From assembly GCA_977020255.1 (NCBI GenBank), contig CDROCS010000506.1, positions 2,604,001-2,668,000 of the forward strand: 64,000 nt of DNA, read 5' to 3'. Under the pieces are notes generated by a model. It saw only the letters and a list, made by a program, of their open reading frames with translations, was not told where the DNA came from and made no database searches. The first letter of the stretch is position 1, and each line of letters starts with the position of its first letter. The position numbers and the translations under genes are program-made. Below, piece by piece: positions 53,017 through 64,000 of this stretch. Origin of the DNA: Obrimoposthia wandeli (Eukaryota).

Positions 53017-53949
53017 ATGGAGCTGATTCGAGGCATTCACAATTTAAAACCACACCATCAAGGGTGTGTTTTAACTATCGGTAACTTTGATGGCGTTCAT
53101 CTCGGGCACCAATCGGTATTGCGACAGTTAATCGAAAAAGCGCAGCAATTGAATTTGCCAGCAACGGTAATGACATTTGAACCGCAGCCACTAGAGATGA
53201 TCATTGGCGATAAAGCGCCTGCGCGATTAACACGGTTACGTGATAAGTACGCAGCGCTAAAAGATCAAAATATTGATCAGTTATTATGTGTGAATTTTAA
53301 TAAAAAATTCGCGGCACTGTCGGCGGATGAATTTATCACTCAGTTGTTAGTGAATAAGTTAGGCGTTAAATATTTAGTCGTTGGTGATGATTTCCGTTTC
53401 GGCCATAAACGGTCGGGTGACTTTGCTATGTTGCAAGCTGCCGGTGCTAAACATGGCTTTGACGTGGTGAGCATGGATACGTTTAGCGTGGACCAAGCTC
53501 GCGTGAGCAGTACTATGATCCGCGACGCGTTAGCACTCGATAATCTTGATTTAGCCGCCGAATTATTAGGCCGACCATTCAGTATTTTTGGCAAGGTATC
53601 GCACGGCGCTAAATTAGGGCGAACTATCGGCTTTCCGACCGCGAATATACCGTTAAAACGCTGTGTAGACCCAATCAATGGTGTTTATGTAGTTGAAGTG
53701 TTAGGTATCAGTGATGATGCGATACAGGGCGTTGCCAATATTGGTAAACGTCCTACAGTTGGCGGCGTACGTACCCAACTGGAAGTGAATTTATTTAACT
53801 TTGATGGCGACCTTTACGGCAAACAGCTCGAGGTTGTTCTGAAAAAGAGATTACGCGGCGAACAGAAATTTGCATCTTTTGATGTACTTCGTCAGCAAAT
53901 AGAACGAGATGTCATTGCAGCCAAAACCTTTTTTGGCCTGTCAGTTTAA
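53017..53949 (+). CDS. ribF: Bifunctional riboflavin kinase / FAD synthetase
   Basis: TIGNFDGVHLGHQ, VGDDFRFG, SSTMIR, GFPTAN, NIGKRPT. Confidence 0.98.
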   Translation: MELIRGIHNLKPHHQGCVLTIGNFDGVHLGHQSVLRQLIEKAQQLNLPATVMTFEPQPLEMIIGDKAPARLTRLRDKYAALKDQNIDQLLCVNFNKKFAALSADEFITQLLVNKLGVKYLVVGDDFRFGHKRSGDFAMLQAAGAKHGFDVVSMDTFSVDQARVSSTMIRDALALDNLDLAAELLGRPFSIFGKVSHGAKLGRTIGFPTANIPLKRCVDPINGVYVVEVLGISDDAIQGVANIGKRPTVGGVRTQLEVNLFNFDGDLYGKQLEVVLKKRLRGEQKFASFDVLRQQIERDVIAAKTFFGLSV

Positions 53950-53982
53950 TTTTTAATAATACCAATAACGGAATTAGGATAC

Positions 53983-56802
53983 ATGAGCGAATATAAAAAA
54001 ACGCTGAACCTGCCAAAAACTGGCTTCGCAATGCGCGCTAATTTAGCGAACCGCGAACCAAATATGTTGAAGCAGTGGACGACTGATGATTTATACGGAA
54101 AAATCCGTGCCGCTAAAAAAGGTAAAAAAACCTTTATTTTGCACGATGGCCCTCCTTATGCGAATGGTAACATTCACATTGGTCACTCAGTTAACAAGAT
54201 CCTAAAAGACGTTATTATTAAAGCCAAAGGCTTGTCTGGATTCGACGCACCTTACATTCCAGGTTGGGATTGTCACGGTCTACCAATTGAATTAATGGTA
54301 GAAAAGAAAGTGGGCAAACCTGGTCGTAAAGTAACGGCTGCACAGTTCCGCGAAGAATGTCGTAAATATGCGACAAAACAAGTTAACGGTCAGCGCCAAG
54401 ACTTTATCCGTCTGGGTGTATTAGGCGATTGGCAGAATCCGTACTTAACGATGGATTTCAGCACTGAAGCAAACATTATCCGCGCTTTAGGTAAAATCGT
54501 TGAAAACGGTCACTTACAAAAAGGTTCTAAACCTGTTCATTGGTGTACAGACTGTGGTTCTGCACTTGCTGAAGCAGAAGTAGAATACGAAGATAAGAAA
54601 TCACCAGCTATCTACGTACGTTTCACTGCACAAGATCAAGCGGCTGTTAAAGCTGTATTCGGTAGCGATGTTGAAGGTTTAGTATCAACGGTTATCTGGA
54701 CTACAACACCTTGGACATTACCTGCTAACCGCGCGGTTGCATTAGCTGAGAAAGTTGAATACTCATTAGTTAACATGGTAACTGAAACAGGTTCACAACA
54801 GTTAATTCTAGCAACAGACTTAGTTGAATCTTGCATGGCTGTATTTGCACCTGAAAGCTTCACTACACTCGGTACTTGTACTGGTGCTGCACTAGAAAAT
54901 TTACGCTTTAACCACCCATTCTACGATTTCGATGTACCAGCTATCTTAGCTGATCACGTAACGACTGAAGCGGGTACGGGTGTTGTTCATACTGCACCTG
55001 GTCACGGTCAAGAAGATTACGTGGCTGGCCTACGTTATGACCTAGAAATTGCAAACCCTGTTGGTAACAACGGTGTTTACCTTGAAGATACACCGTTATT
55101 TGCTGGCCAACATGTATTTAAAGCCAACGATAGCGTCATTGAAGTGCTTAACGAAAAAGGTGCGTTATTAAATCACACCGTGATTAAGCACAGCTATCCA
55201 CATTGCTGGCGCCACAAAACGCCAATCATTTTCCGTGCTACACCACAATGGTTTATCAGCATGGAACAAAATGGTCTGCGTAACGCGGCAATGAAAGAAA
55301 TTAAAGACGTTAACTGGGTTCCAGCTTGGGGCCGTGAACGTATCGAAAGCATGGTAACGAACCGTCCTGACTGGTGTATTTCTCGTCAGCGTACTTGGGG
55401 TGTGCCAATTTCTTTATTCGTGCACAACGAAACACAAGAACCACATCCGCGTTCTGCTGCATTGATGGAAGAAGTTGCTAATTTAGTAGAGCAAAAAGGC
55501 ATTCAAGCTTGGTGGGATCTAGATTCTGCTGATTTGCTGGGTGATGATGCAGTTAACTATACTAAAGCACCTGATACGGTTGATGTATGGTTCGATTCGG
55601 GTTCAACACACTTCTCTGTTGTTGATGCACGTAAAGAATACGAAGGCGCTGATATTGACCTTTACCTTGAAGGTTCAGATCAACACCGCGGTTGGTTCCA
55701 ATCATCATTGATGATCTCGACAGCCATTAAAGGTAAAGCACCTTACAAAGACGTATTAACACACGGTTTCGTTGTTGATGCGAAAGGCCGTAAGATGTCT
55801 AAATCTATCGGTAACGTAATGGCACCACAAGATGTAATGAATCGCCTTGGTGGTGATGTATTACGCTGGTGGGTTGCAAGCACGGATTACACAGGTGAAA
55901 TGACAGTATCTGACGAGATCTTAGATCGCAGCGCTGACGCTTACCGCCGTATTCGTAATACTGCACGTTTCCTACTGTCTAACCTTGAAGGTTTCAACCC
56001 AGAAACTGATATGGTTGCAGTAGAAGACATGGTTGCATTAGATCAATGGGCTATCGGTCGTGCACACGCACTACAAACTGAAATCCTAGCTGATTACGAA
56101 AACTACCAAATGCAGAATGTAACGCAAAAGCTAATGACATTCTGTTCAATTGAATTAGGTAGTTTCTACTTAGATATCATTAAAGATCGCCAATACACTG
56201 CTAAATCAGACGGTATTGCCCGTCGTAGCTGTCAAACTGCGATGTTCCATATCTTAGAAGCGATGGTTCGTTGGACTGCGCCTATCTTAAGCTTTACAGC
56301 GTTTGAAATTTGGAACGCTATGCCAGGTGAACGTGCTGAGTATGTATTTACTGAAGAATGGTATACAGGCCTAGCACCACTTGCAGACGATGCAGCGCTA
56401 AACAACGCTTACTGGAGCAAGTTACAAACTGTGCGTAGTGAAGTGAACAAGACTGTTGAAGTAGCACGTAACAACGCTGTTGTTGGTGGTTCTCTACAGG
56501 CTGACGTAACACTTTATGCGACTGCAGAGTTAGCGGCTGACCTGAGTAAATTAGGTAACGAATTACGTTTCCTACTACTAACGTCAAACACTAACGTTGT
56601 TGCCGTGACTGAAGCACCTGCTGATGTTGAAGCTAGCGCAATCGAAGGTTTATGGATCAGCGTTGCTAAGAGTGAAGCTGAGAAGTGCGAGCGTTGCTGG
56701 CACCATAACGACACTGTTGGTCAATCTGAAGTACATCCAACATTGTGTGCGCGTTGTGAAGACAACATTGATGGCGAAGGCGAACAACGTCAATTTGCTT
56801 AA
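53983..56802 (+). CDS. ileS: Isoleucyl-tRNA synthetase (type 1)
   Basis: [28 protein letters not shown]-terminal CERCW...CARC zinc finger. Confidence 0.99.
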   Translation: MSEYKKTLNLPKTGFAMRANLANREPNMLKQWTTDDLYGKIRAAKKGKKTFILHDGPPYANGNIHIGHSVNKILKDVIIKAKGLSGFDAPYIPGWDCHGLPIELMVEKKVGKPGRKVTAAQFREECRKYATKQVNGQRQDFIRLGVLGDWQNPYLTMDFSTEANIIRALGKIVENGHLQKGSKPVHWCTDCGSALAEAEVEYEDKKSPAIYVRFTAQDQAAVKAVFGSDVEGLVSTVIWTTTPWTLPANRAVALAEKVEYSLVNMVTETGSQQLILATDLVESCMAVFAPESFTTLGTCTGAALENLRFNHPFYDFDVPAILADHVTTEAGTGVVHTAPGHGQEDYVAGLRYDLEIANPVGNNGVYLEDTPLFAGQHVFKANDSVIEVLNEKGALLNHTVIKHSYPHCWRHKTPIIFRATPQWFISMEQNGLRNAAMKEIKDVNWVPAWGRERIESMVTNRPDWCISRQRTWGVPISLFVHNETQEPHPRSAALMEEVANLVEQKGIQAWWDLDSADLLGDDAVNYTKAPDTVDVWFDSGSTHFSVVDARKEYEGADIDLYLEGSDQHRGWFQSSLMISTAIKGKAPYKDVLTHGFVVDAKGRKMSKSIGNVMAPQDVMNRLGGDVLRWWVASTDYTGEMTVSDEILDRSADAYRRIRNTARFLLSNLEGFNPETDMVAVEDMVALDQWAIGRAHALQTEILADYENYQMQNVTQKLMTFCSIELGSFYLDIIKDRQYTAKSDGIARRSCQTAMFHILEAMVRWTAPILSFTAFEIWNAMPGERAEYVFTEEWYTGLAPLADDAALNNAYWSKLQTVRSEVNKTVEVARNNAVVGGSLQADVTLYATAELAADLSKLGNELRFLLLTSNTNVVAVTEAPADVEASAIEGLWISVAKSEAEKCERCWHHNDTVGQSEVHPTLCARCEDNIDGEGEQRQFA

Positions 56803-56889
56803 TCGTTAATGTATCATTCCGCTTATTACGAGTGTAAGTACAATGCGAGTAAAGAAGGGTAATAGCAATTAAGTTGTTATTATCTTTCA

Positions 56890-56951
56890 CATAGAATGCC
56901 TACTGTGAATTGGTTATCTTAATCAATCCTAATACAGTAGGCATTTTTTTA
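56890..56951 (+). terminator. Long terminator hairpin between ileS and lspA
   Basis: aatgcctactgt (56895-56906) pairs with acagtaggcatt (56934-56945); inner attggtt/aatcaat; followed by a T run. Confidence 0.78.
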
Positions 56952-57087
56952 TGGATTAATGCTTAACCCACGATATAAAATGATATGATTGTTAACAATC
57001 TATTTCCAAATGCTAAATTGCTAGCGATAACAATTTAGCCATTGCATGCTATTTATCGTCATCATGTTGACGAACCAGAGGATAATA

Positions 57088-57600
57088 ATGACTGTAGGTA
57101 CAACAAAGAGAACGGGACTAATCTGGCTGTGGTTAGCCGTTATTGCATTTATTATTGATTTGGGCACCAAGTCTTTTGTTGTCAGTCATTTCCAGCTCGG
57201 TGAATCGGTTAATATATTGCCTGTTTTTAACTTCACCTATGCCCGTAACTACGGCGCTGCATTCAGTATGCTTGCTGATGCCGGTGGTTGGCAGCGTTGG
57301 TTCTTTGGCGTTATTGCCGTCTCTGTTTCAGGTTTATTGATTTATTGGCTTAAGCAACAAGCGGCCAATAAATATTGGAGCAACATTGCTTACGCGCTTA
57401 TTTTAGGTGGTGCGTTAGGTAATTTATATGATCGTATTATTCATGGTTATGTAATCGACTTTTTACATGTGTATTGGGACAAGAGCCATTTCCCAATCTT
57501 TAATTTAGCAGACACTTGGATCTGTATTGGTGCCGCGATGTTAATCTTGGAAGCCATTATGGAAAGTAAGAATGACAAGGAATCATCAAATGACAGTTAA
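57088..57600 (+). CDS. lspA: Lipoprotein signal peptidase II
   Basis: NYGAAFS, GGALGNLYDR, VIDF, FNLAD; GAGGA RBS favours ATG 57088. Confidence 0.97.
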   Translation: MTVGTTKRTGLIWLWLAVIAFIIDLGTKSFVVSHFQLGESVNILPVFNFTYARNYGAAFSMLADAGGWQRWFFGVIAVSVSGLLIYWLKQQAANKYWSNIAYALILGGALGNLYDRIIHGYVIDFLHVYWDKSHFPIFNLADTWICIGAAMLILEAIMESKNDKESSNDS

Positions 57601-58036
57601 CGTAGCAACAATTGGCGACGACAGCCAAGTACTTATGCATTTTACTATTACCTTAACAGATGGCTCTGTTGCTGATAGCACCGAGTTACAAGGTAAACCT
57701 GCTAAGTTAGTCATTGGCGATGGTAGCTTAACGCCTAACTTTGAGCGTTGCTTATTAGGGTTAACCGTGGGTGATAAGAACAAGTTTGAACTGCAACCAG
57801 AAGATGCATTCGGACAACCTAATCCAGATAATATTTACTACTTAGATCGCGCTAAGTTTACTGAAGTGAAAGCGGAAGTTGGCTTAATTGTTGGTTTTAC
57901 CCAGCCTGATGGCGCTGAACTACCGGGTATGATCCGTGAAGTGGTTGGCGACTCGGTTACTGTCGATTTTAATCATCCGTTGGCGGGACAAGTCGTGACG
58001 TTTGAAGTTGAAATTTTAGAAATTAATGCAGAATAA
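57590..58036 (+). CDS. fkpB: FKBP-type peptidyl-prolyl isomerase (FkpB/SlpA)
   Basis: HFTITLTDGSVADST, PEDAFG, VDFNHPLAG; between lspA and ispH. Confidence 0.95.
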   Translation: MTVNVATIGDDSQVLMHFTITLTDGSVADSTELQGKPAKLVIGDGSLTPNFERCLLGLTVGDKNKFELQPEDAFGQPNPDNIYYLDRAKFTEVKAEVGLIVGFTQPDGAELPGMIREVVGDSVTVDFNHPLAGQVVTFEVEILEINAE

Positions 58037-58045
58037 ATAAGGTTT

Positions 58046-58993
58046 ATGATGGAAATTTTACTCGCTAATCCTCGAGGTTTTTGTGCTGGTGTAGATCGTG
58101 CTATTAGCATTGTTGAACGTGCACTTGAGCTGTTTGAAACCCCTGTTTATGTACGTCACGAAGTTGTACATAACCGTTATGTGGTGGATAGCTTAAAAGA
58201 GAACGGTGCTGTTTTTGTCGAAGAGCTTGATGAAGTGCCAGACGGTCGCGTGGTTATTTTTAGTGCGCACGGTGTATCAAAAGCAGTGCAAGCTGAAGCG
58301 AAACGCCGTGACTTAAAAGTATTTGATGCAACCTGCCCATTAGTAACGAAAGTGCATATGGAAGTAACGCGCGCCAGCCGCCGTGGTATTGAATGTGTAT
58401 TGATTGGTCATAAAGGTCATCCTGAAGTTGAAGGTACCATGGGTCAGTATGATAATGCTGACGGTGGTATGTACTTGGTTGAATCGATTGCTGATGTTGC
58501 AGCGCTAGAAGTTAAAGATGTAACGAATTTGACTTACAGCTCGCAAACGACGTTATCGGTTGATGACTGTGCTGAGATCATTGATGCATTACGTGAACGT
58601 TTCCCTGAGATCAACGGTCCACGTAAAGATGATATTTGTTACGCAACACAGAATCGTCAGGATGCGGTGTCTAAATTAGCTGGCATGGTTGATATTATGT
58701 TTGTTGTTGGCTCGAAGAATTCATCGAATTCAAATCGTTTACGTGAAAAATCAGAGAACATCGGCGTGCCGTCTTACCTGATTGATAATGCCGGCGATAT
58801 AGATCCTGCATTATTGGAAGGGAAACTTAAAATCGGTGTTACAGCCGGTGCATCAGCGCCTAAAGTACTGATTGATCAGGTGGTTGAAAAGCTACAAGCC
58901 TGTGGTGGTAAGTTAGTGACTGAAGTTGCAGGCCGCGCAGAGAATACCATCTTTGAAGTACCAGCTGAACTACGTATCAAACAAGTGATCTAA
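58046..58993 (+). CDS. ispH: HMBPP reductase
   Basis: [53 protein letters not shown]. Confidence 0.99.
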   Translation: MMEILLANPRGFCAGVDRAISIVERALELFETPVYVRHEVVHNRYVVDSLKENGAVFVEELDEVPDGRVVIFSAHGVSKAVQAEAKRRDLKVFDATCPLVTKVHMEVTRASRRGIECVLIGHKGHPEVEGTMGQYDNADGGMYLVESIADVAALEVKDVTNLTYSSQTTLSVDDCAEIIDALRERFPEINGPRKDDICYATQNRQDAVSKLAGMVDIMFVVGSKNSSNSNRLREKSENIGVPSYLIDNAGDIDPALLEGKLKIGVTAGASAPKVLIDQVVEKLQACGGKLVTEVAGRAENTIFEVPAELRIKQVI

Positions 58994-59006
58994 CATCATG
59001 ATTAAT

Positions 59007-59038
59007 AAACTCGTTTAGTCATCGGCTAGACGAGCTTT
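59007..59038 (+). terminator. Terminator after ispH
   Basis: aaactcgtttagtc-atcg-gctagacgagcttt (imperfect stem). Confidence 0.65.
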
Positions 59039-59237
59039 ACCTCCTAATACAACCCATCACCGCGTTCTAATGCCGTCGAAAATCTGCTTTATGCATAATA
59101 ATCTCTTGGTTTTGTTACGATATTTAATAATCGCCCTGATTTAGCGTTAACCTTCACAGATCTAATACTCATTGTATTTACATAAAATAAACATTTGTGT
59201 AACATGGTGTGGTACTAATTATTAAAGTGAGTTAAGT

Positions 59238-59687
59238 ATGCAATCTAGAAAGGATTCTGGATTCAGTCTCATTGAAGTGATGATCACATCACTGATACTT
59301 GCCGTTGGCCTGCTTGGCATAGTGGCATTGCAAGGGATTGCGAAGAAATCATTAGCAGATACAGACAAGCAAATTCAAGCCGCTTTTCTGGCGCGTACCG
59401 CGTTGGAAGAATTACGTGCGGATACTTCTTGGATTGACCCCTCTTCAAGTTCTTCAGATACTCAAGACGATATTATCACTGATATTCTCGCTCATGCAGT
59501 GAGTTCAGCTTCAATCAATAACATGGCATTATGCCGTCATGTTGCAAGTACTGTGACCATTGCAGTTAGCTGGCAGATTCAAAATAGGACAGCCGCATCT
59601 GGGTCTGTTAATGGCGCTACCTGCGGTCTGAAAATCGATAACCGCCGACAAGTGGTACTCACCAGTTTGATCTCGGAGGCGATATGA
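59238..59687 (+). CDS. pilV: Type IV minor pilin PilV
   Basis: Prepilin motif SG|FSLIEVMI, LLAVGLLGIVALQ. Confidence 0.88.
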   Translation: MQSRKDSGFSLIEVMITSLILAVGLLGIVALQGIAKKSLADTDKQIQAAFLARTALEELRADTSWIDPSSSSSDTQDDIITDILAHAVSSASINNMALCRHVASTVTIAVSWQIQNRTAASGSVNGATCGLKIDNRRQVVLTSLISEAI

Positions 59688-60682
59688 CAATGAAACAAGC
59701 GGGTTTTAATTTAGTTGAACTGATGATCGCCCTCGTGGTAGGCATTGTTTTAATGACGTCGATAACGACGATGTTTGTGGATACTAAAGTCTCGGCTAAC
59801 CGTTCTTCGACTGTATCTAGTTTACAACAACAGGCGCAGTTAGCGTTGCAGGTATTAGTCGAAGATGTTCGCAGTATTGGCAGTTGGGCTGAGTTTTCGG
59901 GGGAACTTTTGACTGATATTGAGACCCCTGACACACTGACGTTGACCCCTGGTAGCTGTTCATTGTTTATTGAGGCAGCTAGCAGTGCAGTAGGCACATT
60001 TAGTTTACCTGAATGGGCAAATTGGGTTGAAATGGCGTCTGCTGGTACCTTTACCGAATCCGATTGTATCAATGATGGTGCTGATGCAGGCTACAGCATG
60101 GCTGCAAACAGTGATGTGCTGTCTTTAGCGCGAATACAGGGAAATACAATCACAGTCGCTGCAATGAAGACAACTGATTATTATGTAGCTGTATCACCGC
60201 AACAAACTCAATTATTTAAAGCGTCTGCGCCCAACGGGGCCACGAATATCGATAATGCTGAATTCTACCCTTATTTACACCATACTTATTTTGTTGAAAC
60301 CCACGCTACAGACGGACCGCGGTTAACGCGTTTTTCACGGCTGGGTGATGCCTTAATTAATGATCTAGTTGTGAACAATATTGAAGCGATCCGCATCGAT
60401 TTTGGTGTTGATACGAGTAGTCCTCGTGATGGCAGCGCTGATATTTATTATCGCAGTACTGATAATGATTTCACTGCTGATATGTGGGGTAAGAATCAAT
60501 TGGTATCTGCACGGATCTATGTTCTAGCCAGAGCAACCAATCCTGACCAAACATTCAATAATGATGCGAATCATAACCTCAGGTTCACTCCTTTTACTCC
60601 CACGGAGAATGATAATTACAGGCGTTTTTTGCTTTCCACTACTGTGGTAATACGTAATAACATAATGGCGGTGACACGATGA
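59684..60682 (+). CDS. pilW: Type IV minor pilin PilW
   Basis: AG|FNLVELMIALVVG; FGVDTS...DG.AD.Y; VSARIYVLAR; TTVVIRN. Confidence 0.9.
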   Translation: MTMKQAGFNLVELMIALVVGIVLMTSITTMFVDTKVSANRSSTVSSLQQQAQLALQVLVEDVRSIGSWAEFSGELLTDIETPDTLTLTPGSCSLFIEAASSAVGTFSLPEWANWVEMASAGTFTESDCINDGADAGYSMAANSDVLSLARIQGNTITVAAMKTTDYYVAVSPQQTQLFKASAPNGATNIDNAEFYPYLHHTYFVETHATDGPRLTRFSRLGDALINDLVVNNIEAIRIDFGVDTSSPRDGSADIYYRSTDNDFTADMWGKNQLVSARIYVLARATNPDQTFNNDANHNLRFTPFTPTENDNYRRFLLSTTVVIRNNIMAVTR

Positions 60683-61119
60683 AAACACAGCAAGGTATTA
60701 CCCTTTTTATTGTCATTATTATTCTGGTCGTCGTGACGTCACTGGCTGCTGCAGTGATCACTGAAACACGATTAGGGCAGAATGCCATTGGTTTAACGCA
60801 GGAACGATTAGCCAATGAACAAGAAATACTTGGTGGTTTTACTGAAGTGATGGACAACCCTAATTTAATTAATGACATTATGATGTTAACCGAAACTGCT
60901 AGTTCAGCATTAAGCGTTACTAAGTCCCCTGGCATTATTGTGGGACTTACTCAGCGTGGAGAGGGGTACTGTAAGCGCAGTACTAAGGCGTCTAGTGTAA
61001 ATCTAATAAGCTGTCGATTTGTGAAAATAGATTTTTCACAAAATAATTCTCGACGAGTTCATAGCTTAGCGATGACCGCGGGTGTAGAGCAACCATTTTT
61101 AGCAGCACAGAATAAATAA
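60679..61119 (+). CDS. pilX: Type IV minor pilin PilX
   Basis: QG|ITLFIVIIIL without Glu5, which is typical of PilX; ATGA overlap with pilW. Confidence 0.8.
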   Translation: MKTQQGITLFIVIIILVVVTSLAAAVITETRLGQNAIGLTQERLANEQEILGGFTEVMDNPNLINDIMMLTETASSALSVTKSPGIIVGLTQRGEGYCKRSTKASSVNLISCRFVKIDFSQNNSRRVHSLAMTAGVEQPFLAAQNK

Positions 61120-61129
61120 GGACAGAGTG

Positions 61130-64000
61130 ATGAAAAGGATTTTCAAAACTGCCAGTACGATTATGCTAATCATATTAAGTTGTGGACTATTTGCTGATGA
61201 AACAGAGATATATGAAGCAAATATGGATAATAAACCGCAAGTACTTATTATTCTTGATACGTCGAGGCATATGAATAATGACACAAAATTTCCAGTACCA
61301 GAACGCTACGATCCTAATATCAATTATTTAGATCCATCATCAAATAATATAGGTAAATTTTTTGAAGAACTGTTTACAAGTCGCTATTTCTATTATCAAA
61401 ATTATAATGCGATAAAGAATCTAGCCAGTCATAGCCAATTATTAGATATTGCGTCTAAAGAGTTAATCAGTCCTTCTGAAGAAAATATATATAACGCATT
61501 TGTAGCGACGATTCCTGATTACAATAATGGCTCTTATCGTAAATTTCATTATATGAATTGTGCATCAGCATTGCATGATATGTACGGAGAACTTGGTGCT
61601 TATTCTGATTTTGTCCGTCAATGGAAAGGGAGTGGTTTTCTTGGTATTGGTGCAAAAAATTGGTCTGAAACCATAGGTGATGCTTATTTAGCTTATCTAC
61701 CAAAAGTTGACTGCAAGCGAGATATGGATACCAATAATGTGCATAATCCTGGAGCAGAAGAGGGGGCTATATTTGACTCTTTAAATGGAGATAATGGTCA
61801 GCGAGAGTCTAACTTTTATCAAGGTTACCCAGATACCGGTGTTAACATTCCTTTTGGTTACGATAACAACTCAACCCCCCAAAAAAAGGTTATCTTTACA
61901 GAGGATAATAATTATAAAGCTTATTTATATTCACAAAATATCGCCAAATGGGCGCAGCTAAAAAAAGAGAAAACTAAAGAAATCACGCTCTCTTACCTTA
62001 ATGTGGCGAAAAAAGTCGTGCTCGACGTGATGTTGAAAACACCGGAAGTAAAAACGGGTTTGGAGATATTCAATGTAAATAATACGGTCTTTGAAAAAAT
62101 TAAGCTGCTTAAACATGATGGTGGTCGAATTATTTCGGGTATTAGATCTTATGATTCGAGTGATTACACCGCTAATCTAGCAGATTATAAAGACAATGTA
62201 AGTCTATTGAGAAGTCAGGTCGACAGAGTCGTGACGTCCGTCGATGCTCGGTCAGCATTGTGTGAAAGTCTTTATGAAGGCTATCGTTATTTATATGGTG
62301 AAAACGTATATTTTGGTGATGATCATGGGCTTATTCCTAGTCCAAAACGAGACAAAAAAGTGGAACGTGATGGGACGTATATCACGCCGCTTGATTGGAC
62401 TAGAACATGTCAAACGGAAGCCTATATTATTATTGTTACCGCAGGATATAAGGAGACAGATCATGACTCGAACAGATTTATTACTTGTCAAAATCATGAT
62501 GGTGAAGCAAATTCAAAAATAGACGCTTTAACGCAAGAGTTAGCTATAGCTCAGCCAAACTTAAAGTTGCTTGCAGATTCGGATTATAGATCATTATCTG
62601 ATACCGCACATGCGGCAAGGACGGTTGAAACCGAAATGAAGTCTAAGTTTGGTTTCTTATCGGACTGTACTATCGAGAATAAATTACCGCAATTGGCACA
62701 TTATCTCTATAACAATGACATGAATGGTGATGATAGTGACGGCAATCAGCACATTGCTACATATACTGTTGGCGTTAATGTTGAGAATGGCAGTAAAGCC
62801 TTGTTAGAAAAAACGGCCACATCGGGTGGCGGTGAGTTTTTCAATGCTGAAACGGCTACGGAGTTAAGAGAAAAACTTAAATTAGCGTTGGGTGATATCG
62901 TTGCTAGGCAGAAGACTACTACTGCGACAGTGACGACATCAATAAATTCGAATAATTCGACACAAAGTGATAAGACTGTTTATTTTACAATGTTTGAGCC
63001 CGCTCAAAGTAGTAAATGGAACGGCAATTTAAAAAAATTGGTGATTGAAAATGGTGTGTTAAATGCGTGGAACATGCAAGCAAGTTTAGCGACAAGCACT
63101 AATTTGACTCCTGCACTTTCATCTACAAACGGTGCCTTTTTCGCAGATGGACTGTATTCAGGATGGAGTAATTCACCCGGACTTGATTCAGTGGAGGTTG
63201 GTGGCGTCGTCGAAGCATTCAATAGCCGAGATGTGTCTATACCACGAAAAGTATACGTAAATAACGGTAATGACAGTATTTTATGCGAGGTCACTCTGGA
63301 TAATTTGAAAGTAGTGTTAGGGATAAGTACGGGTGCGTGTATCAATTCAGATAGTGCTTCTCCACCGTCTACATCACCTGATTCTGAAGATGTTATCGAA
63401 GCTCAAAACATCGCTTTAGCAGCGCAGTTAGATGTTGATGTTGAAGCTTTATCTGCAACAGTGAAGTGGCTTAATGGTTTGAATGATACTGGAACTGCAT
63501 TCAGGGATGATATTTTCGGTGATCCTATGCACTCTGCACCACTCGTTGTTAAATATGATGATGTTTCTCGGATCTTCATTGGAACCAACGCTGGATTTTT
63601 CCATGCGTTTAAAGATAATGGCAATACTGTTGAAGAAGAGTGGGCTTTTATTCCCGCAGACTTACTCAAGAGTGCAATATCACTACGTTATGATTCTACA
63701 ATAACAGATCGTGTTTATGGTGTTGATAGTACTGCTGTTGATGCGGAGTATGGTGATTCAAAACATATCATTACCTTTGGTCTTAGGAGGGGCGGCAGTG
63801 CTTATTACTCCTTTAATGTTGATAAGGGGCTTATATCTGGTTCGGCAGAGAAGCCCACGCTTCACTGGATTATGAAGAATACCGGCACTGGTGATTTTGC
63901 AAGTTTAGGTCAAACATGGTCAATACCAATAGTCACTAAAATCTATAGAGGGTTTGAGAATGAATTGAATTCAAACCCGGTTCTGATTTTTGGAGGTGGA
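61130..64000 (+). CDS. pilY1: PilY1/PilC-type pilus tip adhesin (3' end lies outside the window)
   Basis: Not in the ORF track, consistent with running off the window without a stop. Signal peptide then DETEIY; vWA-like ILDTS, LCESLYEGYRY, IATYTVG; beta-propeller entry YFTMFEP...WNGNLKK, GDPMHS, IGTNAGFFHAF, EEWAFIP, GLRRGGSAYY, GQTWS. Confidence 0.9.
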   Translation, partial: MKRIFKTASTIMLIILSCGLFADETEIYEANMDNKPQVLIILDTSRHMNNDTKFPVPERYDPNINYLDPSSNNIGKFFEELFTSRYFYYQNYNAIKNLASHSQLLDIASKELISPSEENIYNAFVATIPDYNNGSYRKFHYMNCASALHDMYGELGAYSDFVRQWKGSGFLGIGAKNWSETIGDAYLAYLPKVDCKRDMDTNNVHNPGAEEGAIFDSLNGDNGQRESNFYQGYPDTGVNIPFGYDNNSTPQKKVIFTEDNNYKAYLYSQNIAKWAQLKKEKTKEITLSYLNVAKKVVLDVMLKTPEVKTGLEIFNVNNTVFEKIKLLKHDGGRIISGIRSYDSSDYTANLADYKDNVSLLRSQVDRVVTSVDARSALCESLYEGYRYLYGENVYFGDDHGLIPSPKRDKKVERDGTYITPLDWTRTCQTEAYIIIVTAGYKETDHDSNRFITCQNHDGEANSKIDALTQELAIAQPNLKLLADSDYRSLSDTAHAARTVETEMKSKFGFLSDCTIENKLPQLAHYLYNNDMNGDDSDGNQHIATYTVGVNVENGSKALLEKTATSGGGEFFNAETATELREKLKLALGDIVARQKTTTATVTTSINSNNSTQSDKTVYFTMFEPAQSSKWNGNLKKLVIENGVLNAWNMQASLATSTNLTPALSSTNGAFFADGLYSGWSNSPGLDSVEVGGVVEAFNSRDVSIPRKVYVNNGNDSILCEVTLDNLKVVLGISTGACINSDSASPPSTSPDSEDVIEAQNIALAAQLDVDVEALSATVKWLNGLNDTGTAFRDDIFGDPMHSAPLVVKYDDVSRIFIGTNAGFFHAFKDNGNTVEEEWAFIPADLLKSAISLRYDSTITDRVYGVDSTAVDAEYGDSKHIITFGLRRGGSAYYSFNVDKGLISGSAEKPTLHWIMKNTGTGDFASLGQTWSIPIVTKIYRGFENELNSNPVLIFGGG

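Overview
A mostly core-genome window from an AT-rich marine gammaproteobacterium. Gene order is Vibrio/Alteromonadales-like; Moritella-like is only my impression, not a tested assignment. It runs through conserved blocks: pdxJ, barA-rlmD-relA, mazG-pyrG-eno-ftsB-ispD-ispF-truD-pcm-nlpD-rpoS, mutS, recA, yjaG-hupA, yfjD-ypjD-ffh-rpsP-rimM-trmD-rplS, mutH, rppH-lgt, thyA, nhaA, rpsT-murJ-ribF-ileS-lspA-fkpB-ispH, and a pilV-pilW-pilX-pilY1 minor-pilin operon cut off at the right edge. Small accessory inserts sit between the blocks. I saw no tRNA, rRNA, CRISPR array, transposase or integrase. The most interesting signals are: (1) an OlsF-type aminolipid synthase with an 11-bp-periodic PHO-box array placed 10 nt upstream of a -10 hexamer, directly downstream of an M14 amidohydrolase plus alpha/beta hydrolase pair, which could be an aminolipid synthesis and turnover module; (2) a DARS2-like DnaA-box cluster with two cores upstream of mutH; (3) a decaying relA-mazG insert (phospholipase D eroded by microdeletions and an HD-GYP sensor split from its first TM helix); (4) a PilY1 whose vWA MIDAS motif is degenerate; (5) several normally syntenic genes missing from their usual positions (acpS, surE, cinA, recX, ptsP, nhaR).
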